A DNA stretch of 63,842 bases, the filler included, from Thermoplasmatota archaeon (GTDB lineage: Archaea; Thermoplasmatota; E2; JACPAO01; JAHFTW01): assembly GCA_041623215.1 (NCBI GenBank). It is 3 parts of 3 records of this genome, joined end to end, with 100 filler letters (N's around TTAATTAATTAA, not from the genome) between each part and the next. Parts side by side here need not be neighbours in the genome. Positions count along the whole stretch, not along the records: positions 1 to 26,602 come from JBFJXH010000010.1; positions 26,703 to 51,277 come from JBFJXH010000011.1; 1 more part is not named here. One strand, written 5' to 3'. Made by a program: the position numbers and the translations under genes. The notes below the pieces were generated by a model. It did not search any database, was not told where the DNA came from, and saw only the letters and a program-made list of their open reading frames with translations. Numbering within the stretch: position 1 is the stretch's first letter; each line of letters starts with the position of its first letter. Shown here in pieces: positions 18,522-28,911 of this stretch.

Positions 18522-21104
18522 CTAGGCTTGCTCTTGACGTGCCTTGATGAGAGCCAACGCACTTTCGAGCGTCGTGGCTTCAGGGTCGGCTCCCTTCGGG
18601 AGGCTGGCGCGAGGCGGCGCGTTCTTGCCTCGACCGCGCCCCTCACCGATTTGGACGTAGGGGCCGTAGCGGCCATCCAACAAACGGACCGGCTTGCCGG
18701 ATGCAGGGTCAGCACCCAATTCTTTGAGCACCGACGGCCCGCGGCCGCGGCCTGCTTTGGGTTGCGCCAGCAAGGCGAGGGCCGATTCATGCGTCACTTC
18801 GTCCATGGCTTGCCCTTTTGGCAGACTCCGGTACTCTGGCTTGCTGCCATCACCACGGTCATGCGCAACATAGGGGCCAAAGCGGCCGAGACCGACGAGG
18901 ACGTTGCCGCCCTCCGGGTGGGGGCCAAGCGTCAATGGCAGGCTGAGCAGGAAGAGCGCCTCTTCCAACGTGGCGTCGTCCGGCTTGGTGGTCTTGGGCA
19001 AACTGGCGCGCTTGGGCTTGCCCCCGTCCGGCAAGTCCTCGGGTTGTCCCAGTTGGTAATACGGACCATAGCGACCTTCTAGCAGGTACACTGGAAGACC
19101 ACTGGCGGGCTCCTTGCCAAGACTTTGCGGGCCCTCCGTCTTGGCCAAGATGAGGCGTTCCACGGTGGCTGCGTCGAGGTCGGCCGGCGTGACATCTTCG
19201 GGCAAACTGGCCGAGACGCGTTCGCCCTCGTGCTCCACTTCCACGTAGGGACCAAAACGACCCGTCTTGACGGTGTAGGGAATGGGCAGGTCAATGACGC
19301 GCGCCTGGGCCGGGTCCATGGCTTCCATTTGGTAGGCAACATCTGCGGCCAAGCCAGCCCGGCCGTCAGGGGCACCAGGGGGCGAACCGTCGCCGCGCCA
19401 GAAGGAGGCCAGCACCGGAACACGAGTGGTCTCGCCGCTTGCGATGCGGTCCAAGTCGTCCTCTAGGTGGGCGGTGAAGCGCGTGTCCACGAGGTGCGGG
19501 AAATGTTTCTCCAGCAGGCCGGTCACGGCGAAGCCTGTGAAGGTTGGCACGAGACTTTTGCCGCGATGGGTGACATAGCCGCGCGTCACGATGGTGTCGA
19601 TGATGCTGGCATAGGTGGACGGCCGTCCGATTCCTTCCTCTTCTAAGGCGCGAACGAGCGTCGCCTCCGTGAAGCGGGCGGGCGGTTGCGTCTCATGGCC
19701 TTCGGCATCCACGGCCGAGCAGCGGGGCTCATCGCCTTCCTTGACGGCCGGCAGGGATGCATCGGTAGCGTCCTTGCGGCGTTGTGGGTACACGGCGCGC
19801 CAGCCAGGGAAGTCCACCGCTTTTCCTGTCGCAACGAACGTGGCCTCCTCAACCGCCAAGGTCACGGTGGTCAAGGTCGCCTTTTCCTCCGCCATTTGCG
19901 ACGCCAGCGTCCGCTGCCAAATGAGCCGGTAGAGATCCTGCTCTTTGCCCGACAGGCCACAGCGGTCCGGGTGTTGGAATTCTTCGCCAGCCGGACGAAT
20001 GGCCTCGTGAGCCTCTTGGGCCCCCTTGGATTTCTTGGCATCCCAGCGGCGTGGCCCGGCATAGTAGCGGTCGCCAAATTCGGCCAGGACCGCTGCCTTG
20101 GCCCCCTGGAGCGCTTCGTCGGATAGGGAGGTGGAGTCAGTACGCATGTAGGTAATGAACCCGTTCTCGTAGAGGCGCTGCGCAAGGCGCATCGCTTCGC
20201 GTGCCGACAAATTGAGGCGATTGTTTGCCTCCTGTTGTAAGGTGCTTGTGATGAAGGGGGCAAACGGCCGCGTTGAGCGTGGCTTGGCAGTCACATCGGT
20301 GACCTTCCACGGGGCCGTTTGACAGCGACTGGCAAGGTCGCGTGCGGCGGGCTCCTCCAGTTGCAGGACATCCACGCCTTCCTGAATGCGCCCCGTGTCG
20401 GGATTGAAATCGCGCCCCGTTGCGATGCGGCGCCCATCCACGTGCGTCAGTCTTGCTTCGAAGGGACCGCCTGCATCAAGGTGGCCGGTCAGGTCCCAGT
20501 AGCTGCCCGCAACGAATGCCATGCGTTCCCGTTCCCGCAGGACGGCCAGTCGCACCGCAACGGATTGCACACGGCCGGCGCTCAGGTTACCTCCGACTTT
20601 CTTCCACAGTAACGGGCTTAGGCCATAACCGTAGAGCCGGTCAAGGATGCGACGAGTTTCCTGCGCTTCGACCAGGTGATGGTCCATCTCCCGCGTGTTC
20701 TCGAGCGCCTCCAGCACCGCTTTCTTGGTGATTTCGTTGAAGACCATCCGGCGTACCGGCACTTTCGGTTTCAGCGCCTGCACCAGGTGCCACGCAATGG
20801 ATTCTCCTTCGCGATCTTCGTCAGTCGCCAGAAGAAGCTCATCGACTTCCTTGAGTTGCTTGCGCAGCTGCGTGATGACCTTGCCCTTGCCTCGGATGGT
20901 CACGTACACGGGGTCAAAGTCCCCGTCCACGTCCACGGCATAGTCGGCCCACGGTTTGTCCTTGACCGCCTCGGGCAACTCCGATTTCTTGGAGGGCAAA
21001 TCGCGTACATGGCCGACGCTGGAGTCAACGAGGTAGCCGTCGGGCAGGTAGCCCTTGATCTTCTTGACCTTGGCCGGCGACTCGACGATTACCAGTTTGG
21101 ACAT
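18522..21104 (-). CDS. topA: Type IA DNA topoisomerase I, bacterial type with C-terminal repeats
   Basis: LVIVESPAK, ATDEDREGE, SAGRVQS and ITYMRTDS motifs; four GR[FY]GPY repeats. Confidence 0.96.
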   Translation of the reverse strand: MSKLVIVESPAKVKKIKGYLPDGYLVDSSVGHVRDLPSKKSELPEAVKDKPWADYAVDVDGDFDPVYVTIRGKGKVITQLRKQLKEVDELLLATDEDREGESIAWHLVQALKPKVPVRRMVFNEITKKAVLEALENTREMDHHLVEAQETRRILDRLYGYGLSPLLWKKVGGNLSAGRVQSVAVRLAVLRERERMAFVAGSYWDLTGHLDAGGPFEARLTHVDGRRIATGRDFNPDTGRIQEGVDVLQLEEPAARDLASRCQTAPWKVTDVTAKPRSTRPFAPFITSTLQQEANNRLNLSAREAMRLAQRLYENGFITYMRTDSTSLSDEALQGAKAAVLAEFGDRYYAGPRRWDAKKSKGAQEAHEAIRPAGEEFQHPDRCGLSGKEQDLYRLIWQRTLASQMAEEKATLTTVTLAVEEATFVATGKAVDFPGWRAVYPQRRKDATDASLPAVKEGDEPRCSAVDAEGHETQPPARFTEATLVRALEEEGIGRPSTYASIIDTIVTRGYVTHRGKSLVPTFTGFAVTGLLEKHFPHLVDTRFTAHLEDDLDRIASGETTRVPVLASFWRGDGSPPGAPDGRAGLAADVAYQMEAMDPAQARVIDLPIPYTVKTGRFGPYVEVEHEGERVSASLPEDVTPADLDAATVERLILAKTEGPQSLGKEPASGLPVYLLEGRYGPYYQLGQPEDLPDGGKPKRASLPKTTKPDDATLEEALFLLSLPLTLGPHPEGGNVLVGLGRFGPYVAHDRGDGSKPEYRSLPKGQAMDEVTHESALALLAQPKAGRGRGPSVLKELGADPASGKPVRLLDGRYGPYVQIGEGRGRGKNAPPRASLPKGADPEATTLESALALIKARQEQA

Positions 21105-21279
21105 GGCGCTTGTCGGCCACACGAGGTGCTTGTCAAAAGACTATGCACATGCGATTGCACGGGCACCCCCGTAGGGGGTGGGGCCAAACCTGCTTCGGAC
21201 GCCCGGACACGGCTAACGCCTCGCTCGACCGTAACGGCGTCCTGGCGGGCCGTCGCCGCTGGACGGCGCCTAGGGCCAA

Positions 21280-22527
21280 TCAGGCGTCCCGGCCACCGAC
21301 ATCCCAGCCACTTTGCACGATGATGTCATCGAAGTTGCCTTCGCCAAAGCCGCTGGGCCGCGAGTGGACCGTCGTGGGGTCCGACAGGACGAACCAGCTT
21401 GGCCGATGGTCCAAGAAGACATCCCCAAATGCAATGCGCTCGGTGCGCGCCAGGCCGCTCAAGTCGGCGTCAGGCGCCTGCATGGAACCGCCCTCGTTAA
21501 TCCAACCATGGAACGTGCCCGCGTCGGCGTCAAAGAACGCCCGGACTTTTTGGTCCACCGTGTGTTGGCTGTAGCTCCAAGGGAAGGAATAGGCCTCGAT
21601 GGCGACGTGGAGGGGATGAATGGTTCCGGCGGAGTCAATCAGCGAGAACACCATCTCACTGCCAAGGCCCGAAACGGTGACCGCCCACACCACTTCACCC
21701 GGTCCAGACATGCCCGTTAGGCCGGCCATCACGGCGTGGTGCTCGTACATTTGAATGTCATTATCGGGTCGAAATACCACCTCCACGATGGATTGGCCCG
21801 ACAGGTCCACCGGCCGAGCAAAGAAGGCCAAGCTGGAGTCGCCGTCATCATTGCGCACGTTGACGTAGCCGGGGCCATTGCCTTCAATGCCCAGGCCCGT
21901 TCCAATGAGGTAGGGCGCGCCCCCGCGCCCCTGGTTTCGCTCCCATACGTGGGCATCTCCGACCTCGACTTTCTCCCAGCCTGTCTCCGCGAATGGATTC
22001 GTGAATGTGTCGAATACTTGCACGTCGGAACGGGTCCATCGAAGGAATGTAAATTCAGCCATGAGCCCACCGCGGCCCGACGCAGCATGGAGGTTCGTCT
22101 CGGCCACGGTGACGGATCCAAGCTGGTCCAAGGAAATCGTGGTAGTGCCCTCGTCGGCATTGACCGAAACGTCCACGCGGTGCGGGTAGCGCTCAACAGT
22201 GCCAATGACAACTTCGTTACTTGGCTGGACCACCAACCGGCCCTGCGGTCGACCATATTGGTCCAGCGCATACGCTTGCAGGTCGAGGCCTAGGACCTCG
22301 GCGCCAGCCGCATCACGGAATGTCACAATTCGCTGGCTTGCGAATTGTCGCCAATCTAGGTCAAAGCGAACGTAGAACGAGAAATGCCCCCCGTTCTCAA
22401 GCCCGATGTCCTCGTCGAACGTGGCAAAGGTGCGCCAGTGCTCGTTGCCAACGCGGTACAGGCCTTGGGCGGGCCCGGCGGCAACCAATAGAATAGCTAG
22501 AACGCCGACAACGCGCCACACTACCAT
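21280..22527 (-). CDS. Secreted hypothetical protein, beta-rich
   Basis: Signal peptide; alternating beta-strand patterns; terminal FDDIIV. Confidence 0.7.
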   Translation of the reverse strand: MVVWRVVGVLAILLVAAGPAQGLYRVGNEHWRTFATFDEDIGLENGGHFSFYVRFDLDWRQFASQRIVTFRDAAGAEVLGLDLQAYALDQYGRPQGRLVVQPSNEVVIGTVERYPHRVDVSVNADEGTTTISLDQLGSVTVAETNLHAASGRGGLMAEFTFLRWTRSDVQVFDTFTNPFAETGWEKVEVGDAHVWERNQGRGGAPYLIGTGLGIEGNGPGYVNVRNDDGDSSLAFFARPVDLSGQSIVEVVFRPDNDIQMYEHHAVMAGLTGMSGPGEVVWAVTVSGLGSEMVFSLIDSAGTIHPLHVAIEAYSFPWSYSQHTVDQKVRAFFDADAGTFHGWINEGGSMQAPDADLSGLARTERIAFGDVFLDHRPSWFVLSDPTTVHSRPSGFGEGNFDDIIVQSGWDVGGRDA

Positions 22528-22583
22528 GGGCCATTATCGGCGTCAGGCTATTTGTACCATATTGCGCCAGCCTCGAAACGCGT

Positions 22584-24071
22584 CTAGCTGAAGCCCCGTA
22601 ATCGTTCGTCGCCCAATTCATCTTCCTCATAGTGGAACACCCACAGCCCCGTGGCGCGGTCACTGCCGTAGATGTAGCCATCCACGACGTTCACATCCCA
22701 CGTCGATAGAATCGCGTTGGAAACGGCTTCATCCGGGTTGAGGGGGGCACGGGCGAGATTGTATCCCAGAATGGCGGCCTGGTTGTCACCGGCCAAAATC
22801 TGACCAAGGTCAAGCACCCAAACACCGGCATGATTGTAGGTAAGGTAAATGCGGATATCGTCGGGGCTAACGTCGGTCCCCGTGGGGGCAACTTGCCATT
22901 GGTGGGTCGTCAGGAACAAGCCTTGGCTCGTGTGTTCGCCGGGATGCCACCATTCGGCGACCAACTCCAGCGCGCCAAAGTCGTCCGCCTTGAGTACCCA
23001 CAGGCTCGGCACTGTGCCATCGCTGGTATATTCGGGGCTGGCAATAATGTAGCGACCGTCTGCAGTGTCGAAGGCCATCGCCGTGTGGACATTACCATCG
23101 TAATGCGTGGCCCCCTCTCCGCGCCAGGTACCGGCAACCGAAACAGCCGGTGCCTCGGTGAAGTCCAATACGTGCAACCCAGAGTTCCAGTGGCTGACGG
23201 TCATGTAGCTGCGGCCCGAGCCGAAGGCGCCGCCTTCATGGTAGGCAGTCATGTCGTGGGGACCGCTTGACAGCAGGCCGCCGATGCCCACGGCAACCCC
23301 TGCGGGGACCGGGACGCCAGCTTCGTTTTCAGGAATGTATTCGACGAAGCCCAAGTTGACAATGGTGGGTCCGCCGCGCTCGATGAGGTAGCTGCGCACG
23401 TGTTGGCTAATGCAGAATACAGCGTCCTGCGTGGGGTCCACTTGCACAGGGTCCAACATGTGGCACCCAAGTTGGCTGTCCACCACGGCACCCATGTTCA
23501 CCGGTGCGGTGGGGTCACGGATGTCATAGACGGTGAAGCCTGCGTGGCTTTGGACACCTGCCTCCGGCAGGCTCGTTAATTCGCCGGGGCCCGGAGTGCT
23601 TTGGCTCGCTACGTACAGAACCGCGCCATCGTCGCTAATCTTGACATCGACGAGGTAGCTGTTGTCGTGGAAGGCAATGGTGGACAAGACCAAGGGCACT
23701 GCGCGGTCCGTGATGTCTAGGATGTAGATGATGGCGTCTTCGCCGTTGCCAAGGACTGCCACTGCCCCCAAGTTGAGGTCGCCGCGCATGTCGATTTCAC
23801 CAATGTAGCGGTGGGGGTCGCCGTCGCGTAGGTCATGGTGTCCAATGGCTGGAAGGCTGCACGTGCGCTTGTTCGTGGTTGCAAAGTCCCAAGCCAAACC
23901 ATCGTCATCCACAATGGGGTCGGTGGTGGCGGGGAGGATTTGAATTCCCTCAGGGTCAAACGCGGTAAGCGGGCAGCCAGTTGTGCCAGCAGGTCCATCG
24001 TCGGCATCATCGTCGACGCAGCCAGCCAGGGCGGTCGCCAGCAAGGCTAGGCCCATCAGGAAGTTACGCAT
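22584..24071 (-). CDS. LVIVD-repeat (beta-propeller) lipoprotein
   Basis: LAGC lipobox; YILDITD, VYDIRDP, GLHVLD and GVWVLD repeats; WDVNVVDGYIYGSDRATGLW. Confidence 0.8.
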   Translation of the reverse strand: MRNFLMGLALLATALAGCVDDDADDGPAGTTGCPLTAFDPEGIQILPATTDPIVDDDGLAWDFATTNKRTCSLPAIGHHDLRDGDPHRYIGEIDMRGDLNLGAVAVLGNGEDAIIYILDITDRAVPLVLSTIAFHDNSYLVDVKISDDGAVLYVASQSTPGPGELTSLPEAGVQSHAGFTVYDIRDPTAPVNMGAVVDSQLGCHMLDPVQVDPTQDAVFCISQHVRSYLIERGGPTIVNLGFVEYIPENEAGVPVPAGVAVGIGGLLSSGPHDMTAYHEGGAFGSGRSYMTVSHWNSGLHVLDFTEAPAVSVAGTWRGEGATHYDGNVHTAMAFDTADGRYIIASPEYTSDGTVPSLWVLKADDFGALELVAEWWHPGEHTSQGLFLTTHQWQVAPTGTDVSPDDIRIYLTYNHAGVWVLDLGQILAGDNQAAILGYNLARAPLNPDEAVSNAILSTWDVNVVDGYIYGSDRATGLWVFHYEEDELGDERLRGFS

Positions 24072-24115
24072 AGGCCGGCGACCCGGCCCGAGTTCTTGAA
24101 GGGTGGGCTAAACGC

Positions 24116-24796
24116 TTAGTCGCGGTAGAGCAGGCGGCTCCGACCGACCTGAATCAAATCGCCCGGTCGGATACGATGGCCATCGCTCCCCACAGCCATG
24201 TGGTTCACAGTCGTCGGACTGGTCGTGCTGACGGGCACAATCCGGCGATGGCCCGCGCGCCCGTTGATGACGGCGTGTTGTTTGCTCACGAAAGGATCAT
24301 GCGGCAGATGAACTTCGTTGCCTCTTCCGCGACCAATCAACCAGGGGCCTGGCCCTGACAACGGCATCATCCAGCCGGCCTGTGGGCCATTAACTAGGAC
24401 CATGCCCGGCCCGTTAGGCCATGCGGGCACCGCATCTTCATGGTCGGGCGTTGCCACGAGCGTCTCTTCCCCGCCAGCCACTAGACCGAGAGAATTGAGC
24501 GTATCCAAGAGAACGAAGAGGCGCGTTGGTTCAAGTCGATACATGGTCGCCGTGGCCGAACCCTGCTGGACCGGGTACGCCACCACGAGGCCCACGTCCT
24601 GTAGGGATTGGAGATGGCCGCGAATGGTTTGACGCGCCATGGGTCTACCGGTTGGCCCCTCAATCCGGATTTCAGCGAGCCGGTGCGGCACTTGCAACCG
24701 ACGCAGCAGCTGTAATCGGGCCGGCGCAGCTATGCCCCGAATCCAGGCGGCCAGTTCTTGGTAATCAGTCACGACCCCGCATGGTCCTGCGCGCAT
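24116..24796 (-). CDS. ArsR-like HTH plus FHA domain transcriptional regulator
   Basis: N-terminal PARLQLL...RQTIRGHLQSLQDVGLV; C-terminal IGR...D.FVSKQHA...GDLIQVG FHA motifs. Confidence 0.85.
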   Translation of the reverse strand: MRAGPCGVVTDYQELAAWIRGIAAPARLQLLRRLQVPHRLAEIRIEGPTGRPMARQTIRGHLQSLQDVGLVVAYPVQQGSATATMYRLEPTRLFVLLDTLNSLGLVAGGEETLVATPDHEDAVPAWPNGPGMVLVNGPQAGWMMPLSGPGPWLIGRGRGNEVHLPHDPFVSKQHAVINGRAGHRRIVPVSTTSPTTVNHMAVGSDGHRIRPGDLIQVGRSRLLYRD

Positions 24797-24855
24797 GAGA
24801 GTTTGCGCAATCGTCGGACCTAAGACGCCCTAGCCCTAGGGCGAATTGGACCCCT

Positions 24856-26602
24856 GTGCACGACTTGATTCGGTTCATGCCACTCATCATCAGTGGCATC
24901 ACCATGTTGGCTCTCGCCGTCATCGTGGCCGCCTTCGGCCGCCAATTAGCAGCAGCTCGCATCCTCGTGGCATTGTTGGTTCTCCGCGGCGCCAGCCTGT
25001 TCAATCCCCATTTCTGGTTGCACGGCGAATCAGCCATCCAGCGCGCCCTCCGCTTGGAGGGCATGCTCGAGGTGTCGCTGCCCTTCGTGGCCATTGCCTT
25101 TGCACTAGCCTTTCCCCGCCAGCCGCAATGGTTGCAGGCACGCCAGTGGCTGTGGAGTGCGCTGCCGGTGGTCCACGGCGCCATGATTGCTGCGCTTGTA
25201 GTCAATCCCGGCCTTTTTTCCACCTACCACTTTGCCAATGGAGTTGTGGTGAGCAAGACGCACGGATGGCTATGGCCCTGGGTTCAGGGGCAGTTCGTGA
25301 TTTTTGCCGTGGTGGGCACGTCCTTCGCTTGGCGCGCCCGCGACATTGGGACCCGTGCCGTGGCCCTGGCATTCCTTCTCCAACCTGCCTTCTCCAGCAC
25401 CTGGGCGCTGGTCCAGGCCGCCCGCCAGGGCCTCAAGGTTGATGTAGCGCTTGCCAGCGGACCGCCCGTAGACTTACCATTCCTGCTTCTTCATGCTATT
25501 GCAATTATGGTGGTGCTGGGAGGGGCCATCCTGCTGCGCCGATTTGGTGCAGTGGCAGCCATCGCAGCCGCAACAGGCGCGGTCGTTGCTTGGTGGGACC
25601 CGGCTTTAGTCGGTTCATTGACAGTAGCTAGCCTGCTCGAAGGGGTGTGGCGAATCGCCATGCCGCTGATGGCGGGCTACGGAATGCTATGGCACTCGGT
25701 CGCGGGTATCGACCTGAATGTGAGGGCGGGTGTCCGACGTGTTGTCGTGGTTGCCGCATACCTAGCGGTTTTCGCGATTGCCAGCCAAGTAGCGCGCATC
25801 GCAGCGGGCGACGCGAGTGCCACCACAGTTGGTTACGTTGCCGTCGGCGCTTTGGCCCTGACGCATGGTAGGGTGGATGCCGCCGCCCAGGCGCTAGCGG
25901 CGCATGCCATTCCCACCCCTGACGCTCCCGGCCACCTGGACGAGCGACGTCTCCACGTTTACCGAGCCGCCCTTGCGGAATCACGTGGGTCGCGTCGTGA
26001 TGCAGATCGCCTGGAGGCCATGCGCCGGCGACTCGGATTAACGGAGCGCGACCACGCGCTGCTGGTGGCGACGCAAGGAGCAGACTCGGGGCTCGGCGTG
26101 GGTTCCGTTGTGGGGGGGCACCGGATCCAAAGCCTCCTCGGCCAAGGGGGCAATGGCCGCGCGTGGTTAGCCCATGGGCCAAACGGGAGTGTAGTTATCA
26201 AAGAGGCGCGTGCAACCGGGCACCACAGGGCACGTCTGATTCGAGAGGCACGTACCTTGAAACGGCTTAGTCACGCCAACATCCTGCCCATCATGGCCTT
26301 GCACACGCGTGGAACCTTGGCCATTGTGGCTCCTTACGGCGGCCAGAGCTTGGACCAGGAGAAGGCACCCATCACAACGGCGGCAGCGATTGACATAACG
26401 CGACAGGTGTTGGCCGGCCTGGCCGCTAGCCACGCAGCCGGAGTCATCCATCGTGACTTGAAACCCGCCAACATCCTGCTGCAAGACGGGCATGTGCGCA
26501 TCTGCGATTTTGGCATCGCTCATGATGAGCAAGCAGCCGATGCCACGTTAACCAGTGGAGGGCCACAACCTGGCACGTTGCGGTACATGGCACCCGAGCA
26601 GA
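24856..26602 (+). CDS. Multi-pass membrane Hanks-type Ser/Thr protein kinase, 3' end lost in the assembly gap
   Basis: LGQGGNG, VVIKE, HRDLKPANILL, DFG and GTLRYMAPEQ motifs after ~9 TM helices. Confidence 0.92.
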
Positions 26603-26702
26603 NNNNNNNNNNNNNNNNNNNNNNNNNNNNNNNNNNNNNNNNNNNNTTAATTAATTAANNNNNNNNNNNNNNNNNNNNNNNNNNNNNNNNNNNNNNNNNN
26701 NN
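26603..26702. other. Artificial scaffold linker (N-run with TTAATTAATTAA)
   Basis: 100-nt N block containing a six-frame stop oligo. Confidence 0.98.
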
Positions 26703-26703
26703 C

Positions 26704-27048
26704 GAGGCAGGCCAAGCCATGACTGCCCTGCGACAACAATTGTCGCGCCGCAATGTGAAGGCCATCTTGCAGACGCCTGATTCGCTTGAAGTGCCGCGAG
26801 ACCCGCCCGTCTATGACGATGCCTGGTTTGCCGCGCTCCCCCCCAGTCTGAGGGCCCTGCCCCAGGTTGGCTTCACCAAGTATCTCCCCCTCGTGATTGG
26901 AGGCGCTGCCGCAGGTGCCGCGTTGGGCCTAGGTGGCTACTTCCTAGCGGATCGCCTGGGCGAACGCGCCGCCACCCAGCAACAACAGGTCGTGGTTGTG
27001 GTCGAGGAAGGAGACGAAGTTCTCGCAACTGACGGAGAAGAAACCTGA
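26704..27048 (+). CDS. C-terminal fragment of a membrane-anchored hypothetical protein
   Basis: Frame open from the gap; one TM helix. Confidence 0.5.
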   Translation, partial: EAGQAMTALRQQLSRRNVKAILQTPDSLEVPRDPPVYDDAWFAALPPSLRALPQVGFTKYLPLVIGGAAAGAALGLGGYFLADRLGERAATQQQQVVVVVEEGDEVLATDGEET

Positions 27049-27076
27049 GCTGCCAGCCGCCGAGTTGGCTGCGGCC

Positions 27077-28747
27077 TCAGAAGGTCAAGTGCGGTGTCAA
27101 ACGGTTCGAGATGGCGGCATCCTCAATGATGTCGGCGAAGGCCGCTGCATCAGTGGGCGCACCTGCCTTGACGGCCGTCGCCCGCTTCTTGCCGATGCCT
27201 GGCAGGGCCTGCAATCGCTTGAGGCTGGCACTTGGAATATGGAATGGAATGGGCACGCCGGTGATGCTTCGTTGGCCGTGGTCGGTGACCAGCACATCGA
27301 CAAACTGTTCCACATCAACCTCGTAGGGGATGCCAACCAGTAGGGCGTACGTGGCGATTTGGCGGCCCAAGGTCAGGCCCGGTTCTTGCTTCTCGAGGTA
27401 GACATTCCGTAGCACTGTGCCGGCGGGAATGACGGCTTGCAGCATGGGATGGTCGAAGGCTGCGCGGACCGCCAATTTCTGCTTGCGAAAATGCTTGCGT
27501 AACTTGGGCGCCACGGTTTCTTTCTGGCCGCGAATAGGCAATAATTGCCGAATATTGAGGCGTCGCACCCGCAGGTCAGATGCCTGTAGGCGCATGAGCC
27601 ATTCCCAGTTGAGGTCGTAGGTTCGAGCCGTTTCGCCAGGCAAGCCGTACAGGAGGTTGATGCCTGGAAGCAAGTACGGCAGGCCTCCGGGTCCTCGATG
27701 GCCGCTCGCCTCGTTGAGAATCTCAATCGCCTTCCACGTCTGCTCGGGCGTGGCATTGAGGTTGTTGGCCGCATGGACCGCCGGGTCACACGATTCGAGG
27801 CCAAACGCTGCAATGTTGCCATCGGTCCCGTGCTCAACCAGCAAACGTGCGATGTCGGCCGCCTCTTGCGGGTGCTCGGCGAGGACCGCCGGGTTGGCAT
27901 TGTCAATGTGTAGCACTCGGCGCTCCGGGGCCACATCGGCAATGCCGGCGAGGAGGCGCTCCGTGGCCGAGACATTGGGACGTGGCTCGTCGGTCTCTCC
28001 GACGCCGATGGCCTTGTAGGTCCAAAAACAAGATTGGCCACCGAGGCGGAAATGCCGTGCCCCGCCATCGTACAACGTGGCGGCTTCCTGAATAATACTC
28101 TCCTCGTCGCGGTACTGCGGCCGCGTTTTGGCATCCTTGCAAAAGCCACAGCCTCCGCTGACGAAGTGTACGCAGCCGAGGAAGGTTTCGATTTCAGGAA
28201 AAACGATACCTCGGGCTGAGTCTGGATGCTGCGCCACCACTGCGGCACCTGCCAGGGCGTGGCGGTCCCATTCGTCCGGGCGCCGGTGGCGATTTAGGGG
28301 AAGTTTGCCGGCAAAGTAGTCGGCAATGGCGGCGTCGCCGTCGCGCGTAATGCGCAAGTCAATGTGGTCCTGCTCAGCATCCACCTTGCTGGTCTGACGC
28401 CCGCCGCCTTGGTCGGCGAAGCCAAACGCCGCACAGGCGCCAAAGAGCAGCGTGTGGCCACCTGGATTGGCACTCTTGAAATCGCGAAAGAGCCGGGTTG
28501 CTTCCGCATGCGTGATGGGCGAGCCGCGCAAGTATTTGCCCGGCACGACGCAACTTGCTAGAATCGCCAGGAGACTTCCACGAAGTTCCGTTGGCTTGGC
28601 CCGCAACTGGTCGATGGTGTAGTAAGCTACCTCGGCGCCCGCCGCGCTAGCCGCCCCCGCTGCATACCTTGCGGCCGGGGAAATGTACGGGGGGACCCCG
28701 AACGCGCTGGGCTCATCCACGTAGCCGTCAACCAAGACCAGTTTCAT
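27077..28747 (-). CDS. Archaeal radical SAM protein with C-terminal HhH (COG1031-like)
   Basis: LVDGYVDEPSAFGVPPYISP, CX7CX2C, LHIDNANP and LPGIGKKRA motifs. Confidence 0.88.
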   Translation of the reverse strand: MKLVLVDGYVDEPSAFGVPPYISPAARYAAGAASAAGAEVAYYTIDQLRAKPTELRGSLLAILASCVVPGKYLRGSPITHAEATRLFRDFKSANPGGHTLLFGACAAFGFADQGGGRQTSKVDAEQDHIDLRITRDGDAAIADYFAGKLPLNRHRRPDEWDRHALAGAAVVAQHPDSARGIVFPEIETFLGCVHFVSGGCGFCKDAKTRPQYRDEESIIQEAATLYDGGARHFRLGGQSCFWTYKAIGVGETDEPRPNVSATERLLAGIADVAPERRVLHIDNANPAVLAEHPQEAADIARLLVEHGTDGNIAAFGLESCDPAVHAANNLNATPEQTWKAIEILNEASGHRGPGGLPYLLPGINLLYGLPGETARTYDLNWEWLMRLQASDLRVRRLNIRQLLPIRGQKETVAPKLRKHFRKQKLAVRAAFDHPMLQAVIPAGTVLRNVYLEKQEPGLTLGRQIATYALLVGIPYEVDVEQFVDVLVTDHGQRSITGVPIPFHIPSASLKRLQALPGIGKKRATAVKAGAPTDAAAFADIIEDAAISNRLTPHLTF

Positions 28748-28911
28748 GGCGGCGTTCTCCGACGTGGGTGCCGGCTCGGCATCGCCCTAGCATTCGCTTC
28801 CATAAGGGTTGGACCACGCCGCGCGGCTTGGTGCTTGTGGTGCATCTCGTAACAAGTGCCCGGTGCCCGAACTTGAATCGCGGCCTTGGCGCTTGGGGGC
28901 GCTTGGGACAC

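Noticed and set aside
26603..26702. TTAATTAATTAA palindrome inside the N-run (also 51322-51333)
   Set aside because: Synthetic contig-joining linker; the 26704 fragment cannot be assumed to continue the kinase
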